Source: Eledone cirrhosa (taxonomy: Eukaryota). Taken from it: a DNA stretch of 64,000 nt. The DNA lies in the NCBI GenBank assembly GCA_964016885.1, contig OZ024741.1:392026001-392090000 (forward strand), given 5' to 3'. This document shows, in pieces, positions 48,801 to 63,569 of the stretch. The stretch's first letter is position 1, and the number at the start of each line of letters is the position of its first letter. Under the pieces are notes generated by a model. That model saw only the letters and a program-made list of their open reading frames with translations. It was not told the DNA's origin and did no database searches. The position numbers were made by a program, and so were the translations under genes.

Positions 48801-51800
48801 ACCTAACCTACTCTATACGTTGGTAGTGTTGGTGCTATGATAAAGTGCACCTAACCTACTCTGTACATTGGTAGTGTTGGTGCCATAATAAAGTGCACCT
48901 AACCTACTCTGTGGTAGTGTTGGTGCCATCATAAAGTGCACCTAACCTACTATGTACATTGGTAGTGTTGGTGCCATGATAAAGTGCACCTAACCTACTC
49001 TGTACATTGGTAGTGTTGGTGCCATGATAAAGTGCACCTAACCTACTATGTACGTTGGTAGTGTTGATGCCATGATAAAGTGCACCTAACCTACTCTGTG
49101 GTAGTGTTGGTGCCATGATAAAGTGCACCTAACCTACTCTGTACATTGGTAGTGTTGGTGCCATAATAAAGTGCACCTAACCTACTCTGTACATTGGTAG
49201 TGTTGGTGCCATATTAAAGTGCACCTGACCTACTCTATACATTGGTAGTGTTGGTGCCATAATAAAGTGCACCTAACCTACTCTGTGGTAGTGTTGGTGC
49301 CATGATAACATGCGCCTAACCTACTCTGTACATTGGTAGTGTTGGTGCCATGATAAGGTGCACCTAACCTACTCTATACATTGGTAGTGTTGGTGCCATG
49401 ATAAAGTACACCTAACCTACTCTGTACATTGGTAGTGTTGGTGCCATGATAAAGTGCACCTAACCTACTCTGTACATTGGTAGTGTTGGTGCCATGATAA
49501 AGTGCACCTAACCTACTCTATACATTGGTAGTGTTGGTGCCATGATAAAGTGCACATAACCTACTCTGTACATTGGTAGTGTTGGTGCCATGATAAAGTG
49601 CACCTAACCTAGTCTGTACATTGGTAGTGTTGGTGCCATGATAAAGTGCACCTAACCTACTCTGTACATTGGTAGTGTTGGTGCCATGATAAAGTGCACC
49701 TAACCTACTCTATACATTGGTAGTGTTGGTGCCATGATAAAGTACACCTAACCTACTCTGTACATTGGTAGTGTTGGTGCCATGATAAAATGCACCTAAC
49801 CTACTCTGTGGTAGTGTTGGTGCCATAATAAAATGCACCTAACCTACTCTGTGGTAGTTTGGTGCCATGATAAAATGCACCTAACCTACTCTGTACATTG
49901 GTAGTTTGGGTGCGATGATAAAGTGCACCTAATCTACTCTGTACATTGGTAGTGTTGGTGCCATAATAAAATGCACCTAACCTACTCTGTACATTGGTAG
50001 TGTTGGTGCCATGATAACATGCACCTAAACTTCTCTGTACATTGGTAGTGTTGCTGCCATTATAAAGTGCACCTAGCCTACTCTATACATTGGTAGTGTT
50101 GGTGCCATGATAAAGTGCACCTAACCTACTCTGTACATTGGTAGTATTGGTGCCATGATAAAGTGCACCTAACCTACTCTGTGGTAGTGTTGGTGCCATA
50201 ATAAAATGCACCTAACCTACTCTGTACATTGGTAGTGTTGGTGCCATTATAAAGTGCATCTAACCTACTCTGTGGTAGTGTTGGTGCCATGATAACATGC
50301 GCCTAACCTACTCTGTACATTGGTAGTGTTGGTGCCATGATAAAGTGCACCTAACCTACTCTGTACATTGGTAGTGTTGGTGCCATGATAAAGTACACCT
50401 AACCTACTCTGTACGTTGGTAGTGTTGGTGCCATGATAAAATGCACCTAACCTACTCTGTACATTGGTAGTGTTGGTGCCATAATAAAGTGCACCTAACC
50501 TACTCTATACTTTGGTAGTGTTGGTGCCATGATAAATTGCACCTAACCTACTCTGTACATTGGTAGTGTTGGTGCCATGATAAAGTGCACCTAACCTACT
50601 CTGTACATTGGTAGTGTTGGTGCCATGATGAAGTGCACCTAACCTACTCTATACATTGGTAGTGTTGGTGCTATGATAAAGTGCACCTAACCTACTCTGT
50701 ACATTGGTAGTGTTGGTGCCATGATAAAGTGCACCTAACCTACTCTGTACATTGGTAGTGTTGGTGCCATTATAAAGTGCACCTAACCTACTCTGTACAT
50801 TGGTAGTGTTGGTGCCATGATAAAGTGCACCTAACCTACTCTGTACATTGGTAGTGTTGGTGCCATAATAAAGTGCACCTAACCTACTCTGTACATTGGT
50901 AGTGTTGGTGCCATGATAAAGTGCACCTAACCTACTCTGTACATTGGTAGTGTTGGTGCCATTATAAAATGCACCTAACTTACTCTGTACATTGGTAGTG
51001 TTGGTGCCATGATAAAGTGCACCTAACCTACTCTGTACATTGGTAGTGTTGGTGCCATTATAAAATGCACCTAACCTACTCTGTATATTAGTAGTGTTGG
51101 TGCCATGATAACATGCACCTAACCTACTCTGTACATTGGTAGTGTTGGTGCCATGATAAAGTGCACCTAACCTACTCTATTCTTTGGTAGAGTTGGTGCC
51201 ATGATAAAGTGCACCTAACCTACTCTGTACATTGGTAGTGTTGGTGCCATGATAAAGTGCATCTAACCTACTCTGTACATTGGTAGTGTTGGTGCCATTA
51301 TAAAATGCACCTAACTTACTCTGTACATTGGTAGTGTTGGTGCCATGATAAAGTGCACCTAACCTACTCTATACTTTGGTAGTGTTGGTGCCATGATAAA
51401 GTGCACCTAACCTACTCTGTACATTGGGAGTGTTGGTGCCATAACATGCACCTAACCTACTCTGTACATTGGTAGTGTTGGTGCCATTATAAAGTGCACC
51501 TAACCTACTCTATACATTGGTAGTGTTGGTGCCATGATAAAATGCACCTAACCTACTCTATACTTTGGTAGTGTTGGTGCCATGATAAAGTGCACCTAAC
51601 CTACTCTGTACATTTGTAGTGTTGGTGCCATTATAAAATGCACCTAACCTACTCTGTACATTGGTAGTGTTGGTGCCATGATAAAGTGCACCTAACCTAC
51701 TCTATACATTAGTAATGTTGGTGCCATGATAAAGTGCACCTAACCTACTCTGTACAATGGTAGTGTTGGTGCCATGATAAAGTGCACCTAACCTACTCTA

Positions 51801-54800
51801 TACATAGGTAGTGTTGGTGCTATGATAAAGTGCACCTAACCTACTCTGCACATTGGTAGTGTTGGTGCCATGATAAAGTGCACCTAACCTACTCTATACA
51901 TTGGTAGTGTTGGTGCTATGATAAAGTGCACCTAACCTACTCTGTACATTGGTAGTGTTGGTACCATGATAAAGTGCACCTAACCTACTCTGTACGTTGG
52001 TAGTGTTCGTGCCATAATAAAGTGCACCTAACCTACCCTGTGGTAGTGTTGGTGCCATGATAAAGTGCACCTAACCTACTCTGTACATTGGTAGTATTGG
52101 TGCCATGATAAAGTGCACCTAACCTACTCTGTGGTAGTGTTGGTGCCATAATAAAATGCACCTAACCAACTCTGTACATTGGTAGTGTTGGTGCCATGAT
52201 AACATGCACCTAACCTACTCTGTACATTGGTAGTGTTGGTGCCATGATAAAGTGCACCTAACCTACTCTATACTTTGGTAGTGTTGGTGCCATGATAAAG
52301 TGCACCTAACCTACTCTGTACATTGGTAGTGTTGGTGCCATTATAAAATGCACCTAACTTACTCTGTACATTGGTAGTGTTGGTGCCATGATAAAGTGCA
52401 CCTAACCTACTCTATACTTTGGTAGTGTTGGTGCCATGATAAAGTGCACCTAACCTACTCTGTACATTGGGAGTGTTGGTGCCATAACATGCACCTAACC
52501 TACTCTGTATATTGGTAGTGTTGGTGCCATTATAAAGTGCACCTAACCTACTCTATACATTGGTAGTGTTGGTGCCATGGTAAAATGCACCTAACCTACT
52601 CTATACTTTGGTAGTGTTGGTGCCATGATAAAGTGCACCTAACCTACTCTGTACATTTGTAGTGTTGGTGCCATTATAAAATGCACCTAACCTACTCTGT
52701 ACATTGGTAGTGTTGGTGCCATGATAAAGTGCACCTAACCTACTCTATACATTAGTAGTGTTGGTGCTATGATAAAGTGCACCTAACCTACTCTGTACAA
52801 TGGTAGTGTTGGTGCCATGATAAAGTGCACCTAACCTACTCTATACATAGGTAGTGTTGGTGCTATGATAAAGTGCACCTAACCTACTCTGTACGTTGGT
52901 AGTGTTGGTGCCATAATAAAGTGCACCTAACCTACCCTGTGGTAGTGTTGGTGCCATGATAAAGTGCACCTAACCTACTCTGTACATTGGTAGTGTTGGT
53001 GCCATTATAAAATGCACCTAACCTACTCTGTACATTGGTAGTGTTGGTGCCATGATAAAGTGCACCTAACCTACTCTGTACATTGGTAGTGTTGGTGCCA
53101 TGATAAAATGCACCTAACCTACTCTGTACATTGGTAGTGTTGGTGGCATGATAAAGTGCACCTAACCTACTCTATACATTGGTAGTGTTGGTGCCATGAT
53201 AACATGCACCTAACCTACTCTGTACATTGGTATTGTTGGTGCAATGAAAAAGTGCACCTTACCTACTCTATACATTGGTAGTGTTGGTGCCATGATAAAG
53301 TGCACCTAACCTATTCTGTACATTGGTAGTGTTGGTGCCATGATAAAGTGAAACCTAACCTACTCTATACATTGGTAGTGTTGGTGCCATGATAAAGTGC
53401 ACCTAACCTACTCTGTACATTGGTAGTGTTGGTGCCATGATAAAGTGCACCTAACCTACTCTATACATTGGTAGTGTTGGTGCTATGATAAAGTGCACCT
53501 AACCTACTCTGTACATTGGTAGTGTTGGTGCCATGATGAAGTGCACCTAACCTACTCTATACATTGGTAGTGTTGGTGCTATGATGAAGTGCACCTAACC
53601 TACTCTGTATATTGGTAGTGTTGGTGCCATGATAAAGTGCACCTAACCTACTCTGTACATTGGTAGTGTTGGTGCCATGATAAAGTGCACCTAACCTACT
53701 CTGTGGTAGTGTTGGTGCCATGATAAAGTGCACCTAACCTACTCTATACATAGGTAGTGTTGGTGCTATGATAAAGTGCACCTAACCTACTCTGTACATT
53801 GGTAGTGTTGGTGCCATGATAAAGTGCACCTAACCTACTCTGTATATTGGTAGTGTTGGTGCCATAATAAAGTGCACCTAACCTACTCTGTACATTGGTA
53901 GTGTTGGTGCCATGATAAAGTGCACCTAACCTACTCTGTACAATGGTAGTGTTGGTGCCATGATAAAGTGCACCTAACCTACTCTATACATAGGTAGTGT
54001 TGGTGCTATGATAAAGTGAACCTAACCTACTCTGTACATTGGTAGTGTTAGTGCCATGATAAAGTGCACCTAACCTACTCTATACATTGGTAGTGTTGGT
54101 GCTATGATAAAGTGCACCTAACCTACTCTGTACATTGGTAGTGTTGGTACCATGATAAAGTGCACCTAACCTACTCTGTACGTTGGTAGTGTTGGTGCCA
54201 TAATAAAGTGCACCTAACCTACCCTGTGGTAGTGTTGGTGCCATGATAAAGTGCACCTAACCTACTCTGTACATTGGTAGTATTGGTGCCATGATAAAGT
54301 ACACCTAACCTACTCTGTGGTAGGGTTGGTGCCATAATAAAATGCACCTAACCAACTCTGTACATTGGTAGTGTTGGTGCCATGATAACATGCACCTAAC
54401 CTACTCTGTACATTGGTAGTGTTGGTGCCATGATAAAGTGCACCTAACCTACTCTATACTTTGGTAGTGTTGGTGCCATGATAAAGTGCACCTAACCTAC
54501 TCTGTACATTGGTAGTGTTGGTGCCATTATAAAATGCACCTAACTTACTCTGTACATTGGTAGTGTTGGTGCCATGATAAAGTGCACCTAACCTACTCTA
54601 TACTTTGGTAGTGTTGGTGCCATGATAAAGTGCACCTAACCTACTCTGTACATTGGGAGTGTTGGTGCCATAACATGCACCTAACCTACTCTGTATATTG
54701 GTAGTGTTGGTGCCATTATAAAGTGCACCTAACCTACTCTATACATTGGTAGTGTTGGTGCCATGATAAAATGCACCTAACCTACTCTATACTTTGGTAG

Positions 54801-57800
54801 TGTTGGTGCCATGATAAAGTGCACCTAACCTACTCTGTACATTTGTAGTGTTGGTGCCATTATAAAATGCACCTAACCTACTCTGTACATTGGTAGTGTT
54901 GGTGCCATGATAAAGTGCACCTAACCTACTCTATACATTAGTAGTGTTGGTGCTATGATAAAGTGCACCTAACCTACTCTGTACAATGGTAGTGTTGGTG
55001 CCATGATAAAGTGCACCTAACCTACTCTATACATAGGTAGTGTTGGTGCTATGATAAAGTGCACCTAACCTACTCTGTACGTTGGTAGTGTTGGTGCCAT
55101 AATAAAGTGCACCTAACCTACCCTGTGGTAGTGTTGGTGCCATGATAAAGTGCACCTAACCTACTCTGTACATTGGTAGTGTTGGTGCCATTATAAAGTG
55201 CACCTAACCTACTCTGTACATTGGTAGTGTTGGTGCCATGATAAAGTGCACCTAACCTACTCTGTACATTGGTAGTGTTGGTGCCATGATAAAATGCACC
55301 TAACCTACTCTGTACATTGGTAGTGTTGGTGGCATGATAAAGTGCACCTAACCTACTCTATACATTGGTAGTGTTGGTGCCATGATAACATGCACCTAAC
55401 CTACTCTGTACATTGGTATTGTTGGTGCAATGAAAAAGTGCACCTAACCTACTCTATACATTGGTAGTGTTGGTGCCATGATAAAGTGCACCTAACCTAT
55501 TCTGTACATTGGTAGTGTTGGTGCCATGATAAAGTGAAACCTAACCTACTCTATACATTGGTAGTGTTGGTGCCATGATAAAGTGCACCTAACCTACTCT
55601 GTACATTGGTAGTGTTGGTGCCATGATAAAGTGCACCTAACCTACTCTATACATTGGTAGTGTTGGTGCTATGATAAAGTGCACCTAACCTACTCTGTAC
55701 ATTGGTAGTGTTGGTGCCATGATGAAGTGCACCTAACCTACTCTATACATTGGTAGTGTTGGTGCTATGATAAAGTGCACCTAACCTACTCTGTATATTG
55801 GTAGTGTTGGTGCCATGATAAAGTGCACCTAACCTACTCTGTACATTGGTAGTGTTGGTGCCATGATAAAGTGCACCTAACCTACTCTGTGGTAGTGTTG
55901 GTGCCATGATAAAGTGCACCTAACCTACTCTATACGTTGGTAGTGTTGGTGCTATGATAAAGTGCACCTAACCTACTCTGTACATTGGTAGTGTTGGTGC
56001 CATGATAAAGTGCACCTAACCTACTCTGTATATTGGTAGTGTTGGTGCCATAATAAAGTGCACCTAACCTACTCTGTACATTGGTAGTGTTGGTGCCATG
56101 ATAAAGTGCACCTAACCTACTCTGTATATTGGTAGTGTTGGTGCCATAATAAAGTGCACCTAACCTACTCTGTACATTGGTAGTGTTGGTGCCATGATAA
56201 AGTACACCTAACCTACTCTGTGGTAGTGTTGGTGCCATGATAAAGTGCACCTAACCTACTCTATACATTGGTAGTGTTGGTGCCATGATAAAGTGCACCT
56301 AACCTACTATATACATTGGTAGTGTTGGTGCCATGATAAAGTGCACCTAACCTACTCTATACATTGGTAGTGTTGGTGCCATGATAAAGTGCACCTAACC
56401 TAGTCTGTACATTGGTAGTGTTGGTGCCATAATAAAGTGCACCTAACCTACTCTGTGGTAGTGTTGGTGCCATCATAAAGTGCACCTAACCTACTATGTA
56501 CATTGGTAGTGTTGGTGCCATGATAAAGTGCACCTAACCTACTCTGTACATTGGTAGTGTTGGTGCCATGATAAAGTGCACCTAACCTACTATGTACGTT
56601 GGTAGTGTTGGTGCCATGATAAAGTGCACCTAACCTACTCTGTGGTAGTGTTGGTGCCATGATAAAGTGCACCTAACCTACTCTGTACATTGGTAGTGTT
56701 GGTGCCATAATAAAGTGCACCTAACCTACTCTGTACATTAGTAGTATTGGTGCCATGATAAAGTGCACCTAACCTACTCTGTGGTAGTGTTGGTGCCATA
56801 ATAAAATGCACCTAACCTACTCTGTACATTGGTAGTGTTGGTGCCATGATAACATGCACCTAACCTACTCTGTACATTGGTAGTGTTGGTGCCATGATAA
56901 AGTGCACCTAACCTACTCTATACTTTGGTAGTGTTGGTGCCAGGATAAAGTGCACCTAACCTACTCTGTACATTGGTAGTGTTGGTGCCATTATAAAATG
57001 CACCTAACTTACTCTGTACATTGGTAGTGTTGGTGCCATTATAAAGTGCACCTAACCTACTCTATACATTGGTAGTGTTGGTGCCATGATAAAATGCACC
57101 TAACCTACTCTATACTTTGGTAGTGTTGGTGCCATGATAAAGTGCACCTAACCTATTCTGTACATTGGTAGTGTTGGTGCCATGATAAAGTGCACCTAAC
57201 CTACTCTGTACATTTGTAGTGTTGGTGCCATTATAAAATGCACCTAACCTACTCTGTACATTGGTAGTGTTGGTGCCATGATAAAGTGCACCTAACCTAC
57301 TCTGTACGTTGGTAGTGTTGGTGCTATGATAAAGTGCACCTAACCTACTCTGTACAATGGTAGTGTTGGTGCCATGATAAAGTGCACCTAACCTACTCTA
57401 TACATAGGTAGTGTTGGTGCTATGATAAAGTGCACCTAACCTACTCTGTACGTTGGTAGTGTTGGTGCCATAATAAAGTGCACCTAACCTACCCTGTGGT
57501 AGTGTTGGTGCCATGATAAAGTGCACCTAACCTACTCTGTACATTGGTAGTGTTGGTGCCATTATAAAGTGCACCTAACCTACTCTGTACATTGGTAGTG
57601 TTGGTGCCATGATCAAGTGCACCTAACCTACTCTGTACATTGGTAGTGTTGGTGCCATGATAAAATGCACCTAACCTACTCTGTACATTGGTAGTGTTGG
57701 TGCCATGATAACATGCGCCTAACCTATTCTGTACATTGGTAGTGTTGGTGCCATGATAAAGTGCACCTAACCTACTCTATGCATTGGTAGTGTTGGTGCC

Positions 57801-60800
57801 ATGATAAATTGCACCTAACCTACTCTGTACATTGGTAGTGTTGGTGCCATGATAAAGTGCACCTAACCTACTCTATACATTGGTAGTGTTGGTGCTATGA
57901 TAAAGTGCACCTAACCTACTCTGTACATTGGTAGTGTTGGTGCCATGATAAAGTGCACCTAACCTACTCTGTGGTAGTGTTGGTAGTGTTGGTGCCATAA
58001 TAAAGTGCACCTAACCTACTCTGTACATTGGTAGTGTTGGTGCCATGATAAAGTGCACCTAACCTACTCTGTATATTGGTAGTGTTGGTGCCATAATAAA
58101 GTGCACCTAACCTACTCTGTACATTGGTAGTGTTGGTGCCATGATAAAGTACACCTAACCTACTCTGTGGTAGTGTTGGTGCCATGATAAAGTGCACCTA
58201 ACCTACTCTATACATTGGTAGTGTTGGTGCCATGATAAAGTGCACCTAACCTACTATATACATTGGTAGTGTTGGTGCCATGATAAAGTGCACCTAACCT
58301 ACTCTATACATTGGTAGTGTTGGTGCCATGATAAAGTGCACCTAACCTAGTCTGTACATTGGTAGTGTTGGTGCCATAATAAAGTGCACCTAACCTACTC
58401 TGTGGTAGTGTTGGTGCCATCATAAAGTGCACCTAACCTACTATGTACATTGGTAGTGTTGGTGCCATGATAAAGTGCACCTAACCTACTCTGTACATTG
58501 GTAGTGTTGGTGCCATGATAAAGTGCACCTAACCTACTATGTACGTTGGTAGTGTTGGTGCCATGATAAAGTGCACCTAACCTACTCTGTGGTAGTGTTG
58601 GTGCCATGATAAAGTGCACCTAACCTACTCTGTACATTGGTAGTGTTGGTGCCATAATAAAGTGCACCTAACCTACTCTGTACATTAGTAGTATTGGTGC
58701 CATGATAAAGTGCACCTAACCTACTCTGTGGTAGTGTTGGTGCCATAATAAAATGCACCTAACCTACTCTGTACATTGGTAGTGTTGGTGCCATGATAAC
58801 ATGCACCTAACCTACTCTGTACATTGGTAGTGTTGGTGCCATGATAAAGTGCACCTAACCTACTCTATACTTTGGTAGTGTTGGTGCCAGGATAAAGTGC
58901 ACCTAACCTACTCTGTACATTGGTAGTGTTGGTGCCATTATAAAATGCACCTAACTTACTCTGTACATTGGTAGTGTTGGTGCCATTATAAAGTGCACCT
59001 AACCTACTCTATACATTGGTAGTGTTGGTGCCATGATAAAATGCACCTAACCTACTCTATACTTTGGTAGTGTTGGTGCCATGATAAAGTGCACCTAACC
59101 TATTCTGTACATTGGTAGTGTTGGTGCCATGATAAAGTGCACCTAACCTACTCTGTACATTTGTAGTGTTGGTGCCATTATAAAATGCACCTAACCTACT
59201 CTGTACATTGGTAGTGTTGGTGCCATGATAAAGTGCACCTAACCTACTCTGTACGTTGGTAGTGTTGGTGCTATGATAAAGTGCACCTAACCTACTCTGT
59301 ACAATGGTAGTGTTGGTGCCATGATAAAGTGCACCTAACCTACTCTATACATAGGTAGTGTTGGTGCTATGATAAAGTGCACCTAACCTACTCTGTACGT
59401 TGGTAGTGTTGGTGCCATAATAAAGTGCACCTAACCTACCCTGTGGTAGTGTTGGTGCCATGATAAAGTGCACCTAACCTACTCTGTACATTGGTAGTGT
59501 TGGTGCCATTATAAAGTGCACCTAACCTACTCTGTACATTGGTAGTGTTGGTGCCATGATCAAGTGCACCTAACCTACTCTGTACATTGGTAGTGTTGGT
59601 GCCATGATAAAATGCACCTAACCTACTCTGTACATTGGTAGTGTTGGTGCCATGATAACATGCGCCTAACCTATTCTGTACATTGGTAGTGTTGGTGCCA
59701 TGATAAAGTGCACCTAACCTACTCTATGCATTGGTAGTGTTGGTGCCATGATAAATTGCACCTAACCTACTCTGTACATTGGTAGTGTTGGTGCCATGAT
59801 AAAGTGCACCTAACCTACTCTATACATTGGTAGTGTTGGTGCTATGATAAAGTGCACCTAACCTACTCTGTACATTGGTAGTGTTGGTGCCATGATAAAG
59901 TGCACCTAACCTACTCTGTGGTAGTGTTGGTGCCATAATAAAATGCACCTAACCTACTCTGTGGTAGTGTTGGTGCCATGATAAAGTGCACCTAACCTAC
60001 TCTGTACATTGGTAGTGTTGGTGCCATGATAAAGTGCACCTAACCTACTCTGTGGTAGTGTTGGTGCCATGATAAAGTGCACCTAACCTACTCTATACAT
60101 TGGTAGTGTTGGTGCCATGATAAAGTGCACCTAACCTACTATATACATTGGTAGTGTTGGTGCCATGATAAAGTGCACCTAACCTACTCTATACATTGAT
60201 AGTGTTGGTGCCATGATAAAGTGCACCTAACCTACTCTGTACGTTGGTAGTGTTGGTGCTATGATAAAGTGCACCTAACCTACTCTGTACAATGGTAGTG
60301 TTGGTGCCATGATAAAGTGCACCTAACCTACTCTATACATAGGTAGTGTTGGTGCTATGATAAAGTGCACCTAACCTACTCTGTACGTTGGTAGTGTTGG
60401 TGCCATAATAAAGTGCACCTAACCTACCCTGTGGTAGTGTTGGTGCCATGATAAAGTGCACCTAACCTACTCTGTACATTGGTAGTGTTGGTGCCATTAT
60501 AAAGTGCACCTAACCTACTCTGTACATTGGTAGTGTTGGTGCCATGATCAAGTGCACCTAACCTACTCTGTACATTGGTAGTGTTGCTGCCATGATAAAA
60601 TGCACCTAACCTACTCTGTACATTGGTAGTGTTGGTGCCATGATAACATGCGCCTAACCTATTCTGTACATTGGTAGTGTTGGTGCCATGATAAAGTGCA
60701 CCTAACCTACTCTATACATTGGTAGTGTTGGTGCCATGATAAATTGCACCTAACCTACTCTGTACATTGGTAGTGTTGGTGCCATGATAAAGTGCACCTA

Positions 60801-62909
60801 ACCTACTCTATACATTGGTAGTGTTGGTGCTATGATAAAGTGCACCTAACCTACTCTGTACATTGGTAGTGTTGGTGCCATGATAAAGTGCACCTAACCT
60901 ACTCTATACATTGGTAGTGTTGGTGCTATGATAAAGTGCACCTAACCTACTCTGTACATTGGTAGTGTTGGTGCCATGATAAAGTGCACCTAACCTACTC
61001 TGTGGTAGTGTTGGTGCCATAATAAAATGCACCTAACCTACTCTGTGGTAGTGTTGGTGCCATGATAAAGTGCACCTAACCTACTCTGTACATTGGTAGT
61101 GTTGCTGCCATGATAAAGTGCACCTAACCTACTCTGTGGTAGTGTTGGTGCCATGATAAAGTGCACCTAACCTACTCTATACATTGGTAGTGTTGGTGCC
61201 ATGATAAAGTGCACCTAACCTACTATATACATTGGTAGTGTTGGTGCCATGATAAAGTGCACCTAACCTACTCTATACATTGGTAGTGTTGGTGCCATGA
61301 TAAAGTGCACCTAACCTACTATATACATTGGTAGTGTTGGTGCCATGATAAACTGCTCCTAACCTACTCTATACATTGGTAGTGTTGGTGCCATGATAAA
61401 GTGCACCTAACCTACTCTGTACATTGGTAGTGTTGGTGCCATGATAAAGTGCACCTAACCTACTCTGTACATTGGTAGTGTTGGTGCCATAATAAAGTGC
61501 ACCTAACCTACTCTGTGGTAGTGTTGGTGCCATCATAAAGTGCACCTAACCTACTCTGTACATTGGTAGTGTTGGTACCATGGTAAAGTGCACCTAACCT
61601 ACTCTGTACATTGGTAGTGTTGGTGCCATGATAAGGTGCACCTAACCTACTATATACATTGGTAGTGTTGGTGCCATGATAAAGTGCACCTAACCTACTC
61701 TATACATTGGTAGTGTTGGTGCCATGATAAAGTGCACCTAACCTACTCTGTACATTGGTAGTGTTGGTGCCATGATAAGGTGCACCTAACCTACTCTGTA
61801 CATTGGTAGTGTTGGTGCCATGATAAAGTGCACCTAACCTACTCTGTGGTAGTGTTGGTGCCATGATAAAGTGCACCTAACCTACTATATACATTGGTAG
61901 TGTTGGTGCCATGATAAAGTGCACGTAACCTACTCTAGACTTTGGTAGTGTTGTTGCCATGATAAAGTGCACCTAACCTACTCTGTGGTAGTGTTGGTGC
62001 TATGATAAAGTGCACCTAACCTACTCTGTACATTGGTAGTGTTGGTGCCATGATAAAGTGCACCTAACCTACTCTGTACATTGGTAGTGTTGGTGCCATA
62101 ATAAAGTGCACCTAACCTACTCTGTGGTAGTGTTGGTGCCATGATAAAGTGCACCTAACCTACTCTGTGGTAGTGTTGGTGCCATGATAAAGTGCACCTA
62201 ACCTACTCTGTGGTAGTGTTGGTGCCATGATAAAGTGCACCTAACCTACTCTGTACATTGCTAGTGTTGGTGCCATGATAAATTGCACCTAACCTACTCT
62301 GTACATTGGTAGTGTTGGTGCCATAATAAAGTGCACCTAACCTACTCTATACATTGGTAGTGTTGGTGCCATAATAAAGTGCACCTAACCTACTCTGTGG
62401 TAGTGTTGGTGCCATTATAAACTGCATCTAACCTACTCTATACATTGGTAGTGTTGATGCCATGATAAAGTGCACCTAACCTTCTCTGTGGTAGTGTTGG
62501 TGCCATGATAAATTGCACCTAACCTACTCTGTGGTAGTGTTGGTGCCATGATAACATGCGCCTAACCTATTCTGTACATTGGTAGTGTTGGTGCCATGAT
62601 AAAGTGCACCTAACCTACACTATACATTGGTAGTGTTGGTGCCATGATAAAGTACACCTAACCTACTCTGTACATTGGTAGTGTTGGTGCCATGATAAAG
62701 TGCACCTAACCTACTCTGTACATTGGTAGTGTTGGTGCCATAATAAAGTGCACCTAACCTACTCTGTGGTAGTGTTGGTGCCATCATAAAGTGCACCTAA
62801 CCTAATCTGTACATTGGTAGTGTTGGTGCCATGATAAAGTGCACCTAACCTACTCTGTGGTAGTGTTGGTGCCATGATAAAGTGAACCTAACCTACTCTG
62901 TACATTGGT
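33860..62909. repeat. ~29 kb satellite array, 48-bp monomer with 43-bp and 45-bp variants
   Basis: Consensus ACCTAACCTACTCTGTACATTGGTAGTGTTGGTGCCATGATAAAGTGC; the 43-mer lacks ACATT; roughly 600+ monomers in one orientation. Confidence 0.99.
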
Positions 62910-63277
62910 CTGGGATCTTGTTGATCATTTCGATGAATTAATTGTAGTAAAAGGAATGTTATTATCAATGGGTTATAGGAAGATGAAGAGACCCACTTAC
63001 AATTTTACATCTAATGGCTCAGTTGAAAGGGCTGCACTCAAATATTTTGATCTTAAGGGAAGGAATTTCATCAACTATATTTTATAACCTGTTAAAAAGT
63101 AAATGAATAGATAATTAAGAATGGCTGTAAACCTATATTTTTAAATATGTGAAGATATGTATAAATCGTACATGCTGGAAAAAATACTGCATAGATTAAA
63201 AACGATGTTTGTCCATTGCAATTAGTATTAGTTGAGGCACTAGCACCTTTTATGTTAGGAGAATCAACTGTTGTAAT

Positions 63278-63569
63278 TGATTTAGTGCAATGGTTAATAC
63301 TGATTTAGTGCAATGGTTTATACTGATTTAGTGCAATGGTTAATACTGATTTAGTGCAATGGTTAATACTGATTTAGTGCAATGATTAATACTGATTTAG
63401 TGCAATGGTTAATACTGATTTAGTGCAATGATTAATACTGATTTAGTGCAATGATTAATACTGATTTAGTGCAATGGTTAATACTGATTTAGTGCAATGA
63501 TTAATACTGATTTAGTGCAATGGTTAATACTGATTTAGTGCAATGGTTAATACTGATTTAGTGCAATGG
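63278..63569. repeat. 23-bp minisatellite, ~12.7 copies
   Basis: Unit TGATTTAGTGCAATG(G/A)TTAATAC. Confidence 0.97.

Noticed and set aside
33860-62909. Repetitive ORFs (GALYHGTNTTNVQSRL)n as a protein, or the array as CRISPR
   Set aside because: The frames exist only because 48 is a multiple of 3; 43-mers and TAG variants break them constantly. There are no unique spacers or cas genes, and the context is eukaryotic.
33860-62909. CCTAACCTA as a telomeric (TTAGG) array
   Set aside because: Only two imperfect units per monomer, and the segment aligns to the retroelement tail motif instead.
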